From Squalus acanthias (Eukaryota): a stretch of 64,000 bases of DNA. Positions 35,205 through 47,174 of this stretch are shown here, piece by piece. The stretch lies in contig CM059432.1 in the NCBI GenBank assembly GCA_030390025.1, positions 1,736,001-1,800,000 of the forward strand, given 5' to 3'. Each line of letters opens with the position of its first letter. The stretch's first letter is position 1. A program made the position numbers and the translations under genes. Below the pieces are notes generated by a model. It saw nothing but the letters and a program-made list of their open reading frames with translations. It did not search any database and was not told the origin of the DNA.

Positions 35205-35659
35205 CAAGAAAGACTTGCATTTCTATAGCGCCTTTCACAATCACCAGACGTCTCAAAGCGCTTTGTAGCCAATGAAGTGTCGTCACTGTTGTAATGTGGG
35301 AAACACGCAGCCAATTTGCGCACAGCAAGCTCCCACAAACAGTAATGTGATAATGACCAGATAATCTGTATTTTAGTGATGTTGATTGAGGGATAAATAT
35401 TGGCCCCAGGACAAACTCCCCTACTCTTCTTCGAAATAGTGGCCATGGGATCTTTTACGTCCAACCTGAGAGGGCAGATGGGGCCTCGGTTTAACATCTC
35501 ATCCGAAAGACAGCACCTCCGACAGTGCAGCACTCCCTCAGCACTGCACTGGGAGCATCAGCCTGGCTATTTATGTGTTACAAGTCCACTGGAGTGGGAA
35601 TTAGAACCCACAACCTTCTGACTCAAAGGCGAGGGTGCTAACCACTGAGCCACGGCTAA
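35205..35659 (-). mobile_element. Deu-domain SINE inserted in a plus-strand CR1 3' fragment (about 35095-36345)
   Basis: Complete head, core and tail, with CR1 sequence on both sides. Confidence 0.85.
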
Positions 35660-35842
35660 CATTTGGAACGCGCTGCCTGAAAGGGCAGTGGAAGCAGATT
35701 CAATAGTAAATTTCAAAAGGAAATTAGATAAATATATGAAAAGGAAAAGATTTGCAGGGCTCTGGGGAAAGAGCGGGTGGAGTGGGACTAATTGAATAGC
35801 TCTTTCAAAGAGACAAAACAGGCATGATGGGCTGAATGATTC

Positions 35843-36315
35843 GCACCAAGTCCCGTTCATCCATCACCCACTGTGCTCGCTGACCCACATTGGCTCCCGA
35901 TCCAGCAATGCCTCGATTTCAAAATTCTCATCCTTGTTTTCAAATCCCTCCATGGCCTCGCCCCTCCCTATCTCTCTAATCTCCTTCAGCCCCACAACAA
36001 CCCCCTCGAGAGCTCTGCGCTCCTCTAATTCTGCCCTCCTGAGCATCCCCGATTATAATCGCTCAACCATTGGCGGCCGTGCCTTCAGCTGCCTGGGCCC
36101 CAAGCTCCCTAAACCTCTCCACCTCTCCACCTCTCTCTCCTCCTTTAAGAGGCTCCTTAAAACCTACCTCTTTTACCAAGCTTTTGGTCACCTGCCCTAA
36201 TTTCCCCTTATGTGGCTCGGTGTCAAATTTTTTGTCTTAAAATACTCCTGTGAAGCGCCTTGGGACGTTTTACTACGTTAAAGGCGCTGTATAAATACAA
36301 GTTGTTGTTGTTGTT
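35843..36315 (+). mobile_element. L2 LINE 3' fragment
   Basis: HWLP...DFKILILVFKSLHG...RSTIGGRAFSCLGP, with tail AAGGCGCTGTATAAATACAA(GTT)n. Confidence 0.88.
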
Positions 36316-36794
36316 GAATGGCCTCCTTCTGTGCTGTATGTTTCTGTGATAATATATCAGCATGTTTTAAACATCCGAATATCAGTTGCGGGATGCACCG
36401 GAACACACGATTGTTTTGCCAGCGCGTCAGTCCTGGTTTGTCTTGGAAAGGCGAGCAGTAAAGTCTGTCGAGGGCGGGATGTTAAGAATGGCACAGAGAG
36501 TGACAGCAACCATGATTGCAGGTATCAGGAATCAGGAGAGGCGAAGGAAATCGGGTTCATTCACTGCAGAACAGGAGGCCATAGGGTGACCTAACTGAAA
36601 TCTGCAAGATTAGAAAAGGAAATTGATAAATTTGATCCAGGCAAATTGTTCACTGTGCTGAGAGCTTGAAATACTAGGGGCCATAAGTTAACAATTAGAA
36701 AGGTAGGAGTATGGAAGAAAGTAGAGGAGATTTTTCTTTCACACACACAATGGAAAATAGAGCAGTGGAGCAGGGAAGGCCATGGAAGAGAAGT

Positions 36795-37368
36795 CTGAAT
36801 GTGTTCAAGAGACATATCGAGGTGTGTCTGGAAAGAGAAGGGGTTCAGGGACGCAGTGAGAAAGCAGCTAGGTTTTTTTTTATTCGTTCCTGGGATGTGG
36901 GCATCACTGGCAAGGCCCAGCATTTATTGCCCATCCCCAGTCGCCCTCAAGAAGGTGGTGGTGAGCCGCCTTCTTGAACCGCTGCAGTCCGTGTGGTGAA
37001 GGTGCTCCCACAGCGCTGTTAGGGAGGGAGTTCCAGGATTTTGACCCAGCGACGATGAAGGATCGGCCGATATATTTCCAAGGCAGGATGGTGTGTGACT
37101 TGGAAATATATCGGCCGTTCCTTCATCGTCGCTGGGTCAAAATCCTGGAACTCCCTCCCTAACAGCGCAGTGGGAGCACCTTCACCACACGGACTGCAGC
37201 GGTTCAAGAAGGCGGCTCACCACCACCTTCTCGAGGGCAATTAGGGATGGGCAATAAATGCTGGCCTTGCCAGCGACGCCCACATCCCATGAATGAATAA
37301 AATAAAAACCTAGCAGCTTTCTCACTGTGTCCCTGAAATTCCTCTATGTGTCCCTTGAACACATTTAG
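36795..37368. repeat. Imperfect palindrome of about 570 bp: two head-to-head LINE 3' ends plus shared flanking DNA
   Basis: 36871-37082 is the reverse complement of 37099-37310. The flank TTCAGGGACGCAGTGAGAAAGCAGCTAGG is mirrored as CCTAGCAGCTTTCTCACTGTGTCCCTGAA. Confidence 0.9.
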
Positions 37369-37707
37369 GTATCGTTGGCTTATCACAAGATCATAGAATC
37401 ATAGAATGATACAGCACTGAAGGAGGCCATTCGGCCCATCGTGCCTGTGCCGGCTCTTTGAACGAGCTCTCCAATTAGTCCCACTCCCCCTGCTCTTTCC
37501 CCCACAGCCCTGCAAATTTCTCCTTTTCAAGTATTTATCCAATTCCTTTTTGAAAGTTACTGTGGTATCTGCTTCCACCGCCCTTTCAGGCAGTGCATTT
37601 CAAGCATCATTATTTACACTACTGCTACATGTGATGATGTTTCCCGTATATTTTTAATGGTTACGTGGAATCCACTACTATTTTAGCAATTCTTCCACCA
37701 ACAATTA

Positions 37708-38570
37708 AAAAAAAGACTTGCATTTCTATAGCGCCTTTCATGACCACTGAAAGTCTCAAAGCGCTTTACAGCCAATGAAGTACTGTTTTGAAGTGGAGTC
37801 ACTGTTGTAATGTGGGAAACGCGGCAGCCAATTTGCGCACAGCAAGCTCCCACAAACAGCAATGTGATAATGACCAGATAATCTGTTTTTAGTGATGTTG
37901 GTTGAGGGATAAATATTGGCCCCAGGACACTGGAGATAACTCCCCTGCTCTTCTTCGAAATAGTGCCCTGGGATCTTTTATGTCCAACTGAGCGGGCAAC
38001 GGGGTCTCGGTTTAACGTCTCATCCAAAAGACGGCACCTCTGACAGTGCGGCGCTCCCTCAGTACTGACCCTCCGACAGTGCAGCACTCCCTCAGTACTG
38101 CCCCTCCGACAGTGCGGCGCTCCCTCAGTACTGACCCTCTGACAGTGCAGCGCTCCCTCAGTACTGCCCCTCGACAGTGCAGCATTCCCTCAGTACTGCC
38201 CTTCCGACAGTGCAGCGCTCCCTCAGTACTGCCCCTCCGACAGTGCAGCGCTCCCTCAGTACTGCCCCTCCGACAGTGCGGCGCTCCCTCAGTACTGCCC
38301 CTCCGACAGTGCAGCGCTGCCTCAGTACTGCCCCTCCGACAGTGCAGCGCTCCCTCAGTACCACCCCTCCGACAGTGCAGCACTCCCTCAGTACTGCCCC
38401 TCCGACAGTGCAGCGCTGCCTCAGTACTGCCCCTCCGACAGTGCGGCGCTCCCTCAGTACTTTACTGGAGTGTCAGCTTAGATTTTCGTGCTCGAGTCTC
38501 TGGAGTGGGGACTTGAAGCCACAACCTTCTGACTTGGAGGCGAGGGTGCTGCCCACTGAGCCGCCATGAC
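37708..38570 (-). mobile_element. Deu-domain SINE with an internal 33-bp minisatellite (about 13 units, about 38040-38460)
   Basis: Head near 38570, tail near 37708, unit CCCTCCGACAGTGCRGCGCTCCCTCAGTACTGC. Confidence 0.9.
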
Positions 38571-39034
38571 TAATGGTAGCTCACACTCTCAAGACTTTAG
38601 GTTCAGATGAGGGAGACGATTCAACCCAGCTTTGCTCAGCCACAAAGCAGGGTGGGAGGAGGCTGGTGTGGAGCATTAAACACCGGCATGCACCAGTCGG
38701 GCCGAATGGCCTGTTTCTGTGCTGTAAATACGATGTAATTCTATTTAATACAAACTCTCATCATAGCATCAAACCGTTTCTTAAAAGATTCTAGTGGTTT
38801 TTGCCTGTGGCTGTGTCTTTGTGAGACGGAGAATGCTTGTCAAGGCAGAGGGACAGATTTCCGTTCCTAACAACGGACACTATTTTGTTTTTTTTAGCTT
38901 TAACACCCATCACGAAAAGAAAACTTTTTTAGTTGCCAATCAGATGATATCTGAGCCCGGTTTCTTAATCGAGAATCAGTGTCACGGATTGATATTCCAA
39001 ACAGTGGAAGCACTTATCATCCCCACCCTTTTTA

Positions 39035-40470
39035 CAGAGAATGTACAGCACAGAAACAGGCCATTCGGCCCAACTGCCGGTGTTTCTGCTCCACATGAGC
39101 CTCCTCCCACTCCTCTTCATCTCACCCCATCATCATGCCCTTCTATTCCTTTCTCCCTCATGTGTTTATCCAGCCTGCCCATAAATGCATCTGTGCTATT
39201 CACCTCAACCACTCCCTGTGGGAGCGAGTTCCACATTCTCACCACTCTCTGGGCAAAGATGTTTCTCCTGAATTCCCTATTGGATTTATTAGCGACTCTC
39301 TTATATTTATGGCCCCTAGTTTTGGATTGCCCCACAAGTGGAAATATCTTCTCTACATCTAAAAATCTAGGCTGACTCTCCCAGTGCAGTACTGAGGGAG
39401 CGCCGCACTGTCGGAGGGGCAGTACTGAGGGAGCGCTGCGCTGTCGGAGGGGCAGTACTGAGGGAGTGCTGCACTGTCGGAGGGGCAGTACTGAGGGAGC
39501 GCCGCACTGTCGGAGGGGCAGTACTGAGGGAGTGCCGCACTGTCGGAGGGGCAGTACTGAGGGAGCACCGCACTGTCGGAGGGGCAGTACTGAGGGAGCG
39601 CCGCACTGTCAGAGGGGCAGTACTGAGGGAGTGCCGCACTGTCGGAGGGGCAGTACTGAGGGAGCACCGCACTGTCAGAGGGGCAGTACTGAGGGAGTGC
39701 CGCACTGTCGGAGGGGCAGTACTGAGGGAGCGCCGCACTGTCGGAGGGGCAGTACTGAGGGAGCGCCGCAGTGTCGGAGGGGCAGTACTGAGGGAGTGCC
39801 GCACTGTCGGAGGGGCAGTACTGAGGGAGTGCCGCACTGTCGGAGGGGCAGTACTGAGGGAGCGCCGCACTGTCGAAGGGGCAGTACTGAGGGAGCACTG
39901 CACTGTCGGAGGGGCAGTACTGAGGGAGCACTGCACTGTCGGAGGGCGGTACTGAGGGAGCGCCGCGCTGTCGGAGGGGCAGTACTGAGAGAGCGCCGCA
40001 CTGTCGGAGGGGCAGTACTGAGGGTGCGCCGCGCTGTCGGAGGGGCAGTACTGAGGGAGCGCCGCACTGTCGGAGGTGCCGTCTTTCAGGATGAGACGTT
40101 AAACCGAGGCCCCGTCTGCTCTCTCAGGTGGACGTAAAAGATCCCACGGCACTATTTCCAAGAAGAGCGGAGGAGTTCTCCCCGGTGTCCTGGGCCAATA
40201 TCTATCCCTCAACCAACATCACTAAAACAGATTATCTGGTCATTATCACATTGCTGTTTGTGGGAGCTTGCTGTGCGCAAATTGGCTGCAGCGTTTCCTA
40301 CATAACAACAGTGACCACACTTCAAAAAGTACTTCATTGGCTGTAAAGCGCTTTGTAACATCCTGAGGTGGTGAAAGGCGCTATAGAAATGCAAGACTTT
40401 CTTGTTTTCTTTATCTACCCTATCGAACCCCTTCATAATTTTAAAGACAAGTGTTAGGTCACTCCTCTCT
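39035..40470 (-). mobile_element. CR1 3' fragment split by the SINE at 39361-40400
   Basis: ORF 39117-39335 reads QRVVRMWNSLP. The CR1 sequence continues at about 40405-40470. Confidence 0.75.
39361..40400 (+). mobile_element. Deu-domain SINE (head truncated) with an internal 33-bp minisatellite (about 21 units, about 39387-40075)
   Basis: Unit CAGTACTGAGGGAGCGCCGCACTGTCGGAGGGG, followed by the Deu core and L2-like tail. Confidence 0.9.
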
Positions 40471-41349
40471 ATATTAATTAAATTTAATGCAACCTGGCAG
40501 TCATTCACACTGGGCAGTTAACGCGAATGATTTAACAACCAATCATTAATGTTTTAGAACAGGCTGCAGTTTGACGATAATTTATTAAATATTAGGCACC
40601 AGCCAACCAATGTGTTTCTGCTGACATTTTCAAAAAAGAAACACATATTACTTAAATAGGTCTCCTGAGATTGGCGGCACAAAAACTGATAATTATATTA
40701 AATATACATAAACAGTAAGTGTATGTTTATGTAAGTAGATTGTTTTAAAAACCTGATTTAGTAGTCATTGTTTTCGAACTCTTTTAACAGCGCTCCCAAT
40801 GGAATCCAATTTAATGACACGATGGGATGAAAGATGTCACACAGCCTTGTTCCATATTTAATTAACTTTCTTTTTTTTTTAAAACACAAGACAATAACAA
40901 ATAGCTTAGGAAAAAAAAAGGGAAAGAAAGCTTTGAGACATCAGCGAGACCTTGTCATGCGTTGTGCGAGATACATGATACAAGATTTGCATATAAGTGA
41001 CTGTGGCCGGGGAATTCCAGCCCCCCCGGGACTCGATTACCAGAATCTTCATGGCTTACTAATAAAAATTAGAAACTTGAATTAGAAAACAAAGCAATTA
41101 AAGATCGCCAGAGATTAAAAGCAAAAAAAAACAGAATCCTGCATTTTGGCCGCACAGCAGAAAGCCTCGGCTGATCACTGCAAGAATAGAGAGAGCCTTT
41201 AGCTAAATACCGTTAACCCATTCCTCTCCAAATCTGGCACACCGCACTAATTGTTGCATTTATAACTGACATCGCACAATCGTCACCTGAGATTTGCCCT
41301 TCTGGAGACGTTCCTGCATTTACACAAGAAATAGTAACAAGATATTACG

Positions 41350-41755
41350 TAGAATTATATGGAACGTACGGCACAGAAACAGGCCATTCGGCCCAACTGC
41401 TCCGTGCCGGTGTTTCTGCTCCACACGAGCCTCCTCCCGCCCCTCTTCATCTCACCCCATCAGCATAACCTTCCATTCCTTTCTCCCTCATGTGTTTATC
41501 CAGCTTCCCCTTAAATGCATCTCTGCTATTCGCCTCAACCACCCCCTGTGGGAGCGAGTTCCACATTCTCACTACTCTCTGGGTAAAGGAGTTTCTCCTG
41601 AATTCCTTATTGGATTTATTAGTGACTATCTTATATTTATGGCCCCCAGTTTTGGAATTCCCCACGAGTGTAAACATCTTCTCTACGTCTACCCTTTCAA
41701 ATCCTTTCAGAATTTTAAAGACCTCTATTAGGTCAGCCTTCAGCTTTCTCTTTTC
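41350..41755 (-). mobile_element. CR1 3' fragment
   Basis: ORF 41447-41677 plus a CR1 3' UTR. Confidence 0.85.
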
Positions 41756-42192
41756 TAGAGTCAGAAGGTTGTGGGTTCAAGTCCCCACTCCAGAGACCTG
41801 AGCGCAAAATGTAGGCCGACACACCGGTGCAGTGCTGAGGGAGCGCTGCGTTGTCGGAGGTGCCGTCTTTCGGATGAGACGTTAAACCGAGGCCCCGTCT
41901 GTTCTCTCAGGGGGATGTAAAAGATCCCATGGCCACTATTTTGAAGAAGAGCAGGGGAGTTATCCCCCGGTGTCCTGGGGCCAATACTTATCTCTCAATT
42001 AACATCACTAAAAACAGATGATCTGGTCATTATCACATTTCTGTTTATGGGATCTTGCTGTGCGCAAATTGGCCACCGCGTTTCCTACATTACAGCAGCG
42101 ACTACACTTCAAAAAGTACTTCATTGGCTGTAAAGCGCTTTGGGACGTCCTGAGGCCGTGAAAGGTGCTGGAGAAATGCAACTCTTTCTTTC
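41756..42192 (+). mobile_element. Deu-domain SINE with a single 33-bp unit
   Basis: B box GGGTTCAAGTCCC, Deu core and tail. Confidence 0.88.
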
Positions 42193-44322
42193 TATTTGCC
42201 AAATTGCCAGTTTTGATTTCAACAATCGAGAAGTACTTTAACTACCTGTCTGTTAATTTGGCTACAAAGTGCCGTCACAAGTTCCTTCAAAAAAACAACC
42301 CATCGCAGAGCACAAAAACATTTAAAACAACTCGATTGTCTTAAATGAACAAATCCATCTCTCAAACATTGTGACTAATGTGTCAGAGCGAACGCAGGAG
42401 CGGAAAGAAAATTATGACAAGGTCAAAATACTTAAAACGTCTTGTTGAAAAACGATTTTGAAAGCTGCATAATTTTAACGGTTGAATCTTAAGTGGTAAC
42501 CAAAACGGTTTTGTGAATTTGACAAGACAGAAAAGATGGAACAAATGTTCTGCGCTTAAATACTTAATGCGAGAACTGGGCTCTTAGCTATTTTGAGAAT
42601 GATGCTAAGATCCTGCCTGTACAATATTGCTGTGCAGTATAGCGGGGTTCACTCAATAGCCTGCAAGGGTATTGACTATAAGTAGTTGAACGCTAGGTTG
42701 GGGCAGATAGATCCTGAGCTTTATAATAGAGGTGTAGAGTACAAAAGCAAGGAATTTATGCTCAACCTTTATAAAACACTGGTTAGGATCCAGCTGGAGT
42801 ATTGTGTCCGGTGGTGGAGGGAGTGAATGTTTAAGGTGGTGGATGTGGTGCCAATCAAGCGGGCTGCTTTGTCCTGGATGGTGTCGAGCTTCTTGAGTGT
42901 TGTTGGAGCTGCAGTCATCCAGGCAAGTGGAGAGTATTCCATCACACTCCTTACTTGTGCCTTGTAGATGGTGGAAAGGCTTTGCTTGCGGCAGTGTCCT
43001 GGAGATTAATCTTCAATTCCTGGAGACTCCAGGCCAATCCTGGAGCATTGGTAACGCTCACTCAAAGATTTGTATTTCTCTTGGTTACATAGGGTTAGTA
43101 CTAAATGATTAATTGCAATGCCCATCCAATTTTTGTTCTCTAAAACTGAACTGGGGCTTATTTACTTTTTTATAATCAAATATATGAGTCCTGCTCAAGT
43201 GTTTTTTTAAAAATGTATTTGTTCGTGGGATGTGGGCATCACCAGCAAGGCCAGCATTTATTGCCCATCCCTAATTGCCCTTGAGAAGGTGGTGGTGAGC
43301 CGCCTTCTTGAACCGTTGTTCTTTGTAGCGGTTTGGAACAACTGAATGGCTTGCTGGGCCATTTCAGAGGGCAGTTAAGAGTCAACCACATGGCTGTGGG
43401 TCTGGATTCACATATCGGCCAGACCGGGTAAGGGCGACAGATTTCCTTCCCTAAAGGACATTAGATGTTTGATCTTATTTCAAAGACAGTTAATTATCCA
43501 GTGATTACTCAGTGGAACCAGAAGGGCGTTTGAAAAGTACAGCATGTAAAATATCTTGGGCCAGTATTAATTTGTTTTTAAAACATTGTGAAATCAGAGT
43601 ATCATAGAAACTTACAGCACAGAACGAGGCCATTCGGCCCATCGTGCCTGTGCTGGCTCTTTGAAAGAAATGATTGTTAATAATATTTGTACTAAAGTAT
43701 AGTCTCGTTAGGTTATTACTTCGTTAATATTTGATTCAGATTAAAATGTTACATAGAATTCACACAGTATTTACAGCACAGAAACAGGCCATTCGGCCCA
43801 ACTGGTCTGTGCCGATGTTTATGCTCCACACGAGCCTCCTCCCACCCCTCTTCATCTCACCCTATCACCATATCCTTCTATTCCTTTCTCCCTCATGTGT
43901 TTATCCAGCTTCCCCTTAAATGCATCTCTGCTATTCACCTCAACCACTCCCTGTGGTAGCGAGTTCCACATTCTCACCACTCTCTGGGTAAAGAAGTTTC
44001 TCCTGAATTCCCTATTGGATTTATTAGTGACTACCTTATATTTACGACCCCTAGTTCTGGTCTCTCCCACAAGTGGAAACATCTTCTCTACCTCTACCCT
44101 ATCGAACCCCATTCATAATTTTAAAGACCTCTATAAGGTCACCTTCTCTTCTCTTTTCTAGAGAAAAGAGACCCAACCTGTTCATCCTTTCTTGATAGCT
44201 ATAACTGCTCAGTTCTGGTTTCAAGCCTTTAAATCTTTTTTGCACCTTCTCCAGTGCCTCCCTATCCTTTTTATAATAGGGAAAACAGAACTGTGCACAG
44301 TACTCCAAGTGTGGTCTAACCA

Positions 44323-44363
44323 AGGGTTCTGATGAAAGGTCATCGACCTGAAACGTTAACTCT
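44323..44363 (+). ncRNA. Minimal type I hammerhead ribozyme motif
   Basis: AGGGUU-CUGAUGA-A-AGGUC(AUC)GACCU-GAAA-CG-UU-AACUCU. Stem I has 6 bp, stem II has 5 bp, and stem III is the palindrome ACGU. Confidence 0.75.
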
Positions 44364-44463
44364 GTTTCTCTCTCCACAGATGCTGCCTGACCTGCTGAGT
44401 ATTTCCGGCATTTTCTGTTTTTATTTCAGATTTCCAGCATCCGCAGTATTTTGCTTTTGTGTT
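44326..44463 (+). mobile_element. Penelope-like element terminal fragment (second family)
   Basis: 17-bp TSD GTGTGGTCTAACCAAGG at 44309-44325 and 44464-44480. Starts with a hammerhead core. Confidence 0.8.
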
Positions 44464-45468
44464 GTGTGGTCTAACCAAGGTTCTGTATAAGTTTAATGCA
44501 ACTTCCCTGCTTTTCTATTCTATTCTTCTACGAATGAACCCAGTACTTGGTTTGCATTTTTTATGACCTTATTAACCTGCGTCACTACTTTTATTGATTG
44601 GTGTAACTGTAACCCCGGATCTCTCTGCTCCTCTACCCCATTTAGACTCTTATTATCCAAGGAGTGTGTGGCCTCCCTATTCCTTCTACCAAAAGACTTA
44701 TCGATATTGAACATTTACTCCCTCCACCACCGGCGCACCGTGGCTGCAGTGTGTACCATCTACAAGATGCACTGCAGCAACTCGCCAAGGCTTCTTCGGC
44801 AGCACCTCCCAAACCCGCGACCTCTTCCACCTAGAAGGACAAGGGCAGCAGGCGCATGGGAACACCACCACCTGCAAGTTCCCCTCCGAGTCACACACCA
44901 TCCTGACTTGGAAATATATCGGCCGTTCCTTCATTGTCGCTGGGTCAAAATCCTGGAACTCCCTCCCTAACAGCACTGTGGGAGCACCTTCACCACACGG
45001 ACTGCAGCGGTTCAAGAAGGCGGCTCACCACCACCTTCTCAAGGGGCAACTAGGGATGGGCAATAAATGCTGGCCTTGCCAGCGACGCCCACATCCCATA
45101 AATGAATATATTAAATAAAAATTAATTTGCCATTTACACGCCCTTTCTGCAAGTTTATTAATGTCTTGATTGTATTTTGTCACAGTCCTCCTCTGAATTA
45201 ATTACAACCCCCCCGCCCCCCCAATTTTGTGTACTCAAATTTTGAAATTGTACTTCCAAATCTTGAGTCCAAATAATTGATGTAAGAGCATGCATAGGTC
45301 ATAGAATCACAGCAGCATGCAGCATTCGGCCCATCGTGGCTGTGCCGGCTCTTTGAAAGAGCTCTCCAATTAGTCCCACTCCCCCCTGCTCTTTCCCCAC
45401 AGCCCTGTAAATTTTTTCTTTTTTTAATTATATATCCAATTCCCTTCCTTAGTATTAACTATACCCTG

Positions 45469-45697
45469 TGACGTAAGAAAACTACTAGGCACTTGGTCTA
45501 AGCGTTAAACAAAGCTTTAATCAACTGTTTTTCAACATGGAGGTCTAGTTGTGTCCTTCACTAGTTCCTGTTAAAGAATGTCCTGAGCAAGCTGGGCCCA
45601 TGCCCGAGTATTTATACTCTCCCTGGACAGCGCCACCAGCAGGCCGCCCAGTATTATTTCAGAAGTCATTTCCACATGAATGACCAGATTCATGTCA
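45469..45697 (-). mobile_element. Candidate solo LTR (229 bp)
   Basis: TG...CA ends (TGACGT/ATGTCA), 5-bp TSD CCCTG at 45464-45468 and 45698-45702. On the minus strand, TATAAATA (about 45610-45617) precedes ATTAAA (about 45517-45522). Confidence 0.7.
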
Positions 45698-46397
45698 CCC
45701 TGCACCCCCCACCCCACCGCCCACCAATTTGGTGTCATCTGCAAATTTTGATACATTACTTCCAATTTCCAAGTCTAAATCATTTATGTAAATGGCGAAC
45801 AACATTGTTCGCAGCACCGATCCCTGTGGATCACCACTTCCCACCTTTTGCCACTCTTGAGTAACTACCCTTAACCCCTACTCTCTGTTTCCTGTTTTGT
45901 AGCCAGTTTGCTGTCCATTCTGCTCCCTGACCCCTGACTCCACACGCTCTGACCTTTAGTCAGGAGTCTAAACTGTGGTGCCTCATTGAAGGCCTTTTAA
46001 AATCCAAGAAAATCAAAAACAGAAACCTTATTTACTTGAGAAACAAGTCAAGCTGCGGAGGATGAATCCAACAAGTGTGTCAGGGGTACTTTGATCTTAA
46101 ACTTCAACAGGGGAACAAGTGAGGTGAAGCTGAGTTACTGCAAAGGTGCAGGAAGGAGACCTTTTTCCCCGTGCTATGAAATAAAGGCTCGGGGGCGAGG
46201 GACGGGTGGAGGGTCGGGGGATCTACGAGGCAAGCAGCAAAGCACCCTGACCTCAGCACAGTGAGGCCTGAGTGAATTTAACCTCATCCACCACCGCCCG
46301 CCCCCCCCAACCGTTTCCCCCCCCCCCCAACCCCGATCGGTTGCCCATCTGAAGCTGGCGGTTCGCGACACTCGCGTTATTTGTGGGGAAAGAAAAA

Positions 46398-46942
46398 AAG
46401 AAAGACTTGCATTTCTATAGCGCCTTTCACGACCACCGGACGTCCCAAAGCGCTTTATGGCCGCTGAAGTACTTTTGGAAGTGTAGTCAACATAAGAACA
46501 TAAGAAATAGGAGCAGGAGTAGGCCATTCGGCCATTCGAGCCTGCTCCACCATTCAATGAGATCATGGCTGATCTTCTGCCTCAACTACATTTACCGGCC
46601 CTATCGCCATATCCCTTGATGCCCTTACTAGTCAGAAATCTATCGACTTCTGTTTTGAATATATCCAATGACTGAGCCTCCACAGCCCTCTGGGGTAGAG
46701 AATTCCAAAGGTTCACCACCCTCTGTGTGAAGAAATTTTTCCTCATCTCAGTCCTGAATGGCCTACCCTTTATCCTGAGGCTGTGGCCCCTGGTTCTAGA
46801 CTCCCCAGCCAAGGGAAACATTCTCCCAGCATCCACCCTATCAAGCCCTGTAATAATTTTGTATGCTTCAATGAGATCACCTCTCATTCTTCTGAATTCA
46901 AGAGAATTCACTGCTGTAATGTGGGAAACGCGGCAGCCAATT
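46398..46942 (-). mobile_element. Deu-SINE 3' part split by a CR1 3' fragment (about 46490-46903)
   Basis: SINE ...GTGTAGTCA | CR1 ORF 46582-46911 | CACTGCTGTAATGTGGGAAAC. Confidence 0.8.
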
Positions 46943-47174
46943 TGGGGAGTGTGTTTTCGGCGGGTCCTGGAAATTGGGAATTATGTGGTGGGGGTGGGGG
47001 GTGGGGGCGACGAAGAGAGAGGCTGGGGCAGAGTGGAGGCCTAAACTTTCTTCGTATGGGTTTGAGGAGCACTCGTGCCCCCCCCACATGGAAAGTTTTA
47101 AACAAGTTATCTCTTTGGGCCGCTGCTGGAGCCGACTCTTCTGCCATGAGTTTCACCTGGCGGGAGAGCCAATC

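Larger units (their letters stand above)
43750..46005 (-). mobile_element. Decayed CR1 RT/3' end with nested PLE fragment, LINE tail (44705-45115 plus), CR1 tail and solo LTR
   Basis: Minus ORFs 43852-44112, 44099-44377 and 44520-44714, and RT remnants out to about 46005. Confidence 0.75.

Noticed and set aside
38040..40075. 33-bp periodic arrays as CRISPR
   Set aside because: The units are head-to-tail with no unique spacers, there are no cas genes, and the context is vertebrate.
39359..40137. Long repetitive ORFs (LPQYCPSDSAA, SLSTAPPTVRR, HCRRGSTEGAP), also at 38012-38569 and 47336-47821
   Set aside because: These are translations of a stop-free 33-bp minisatellite inside SINEs. They are open in several frames on both strands.
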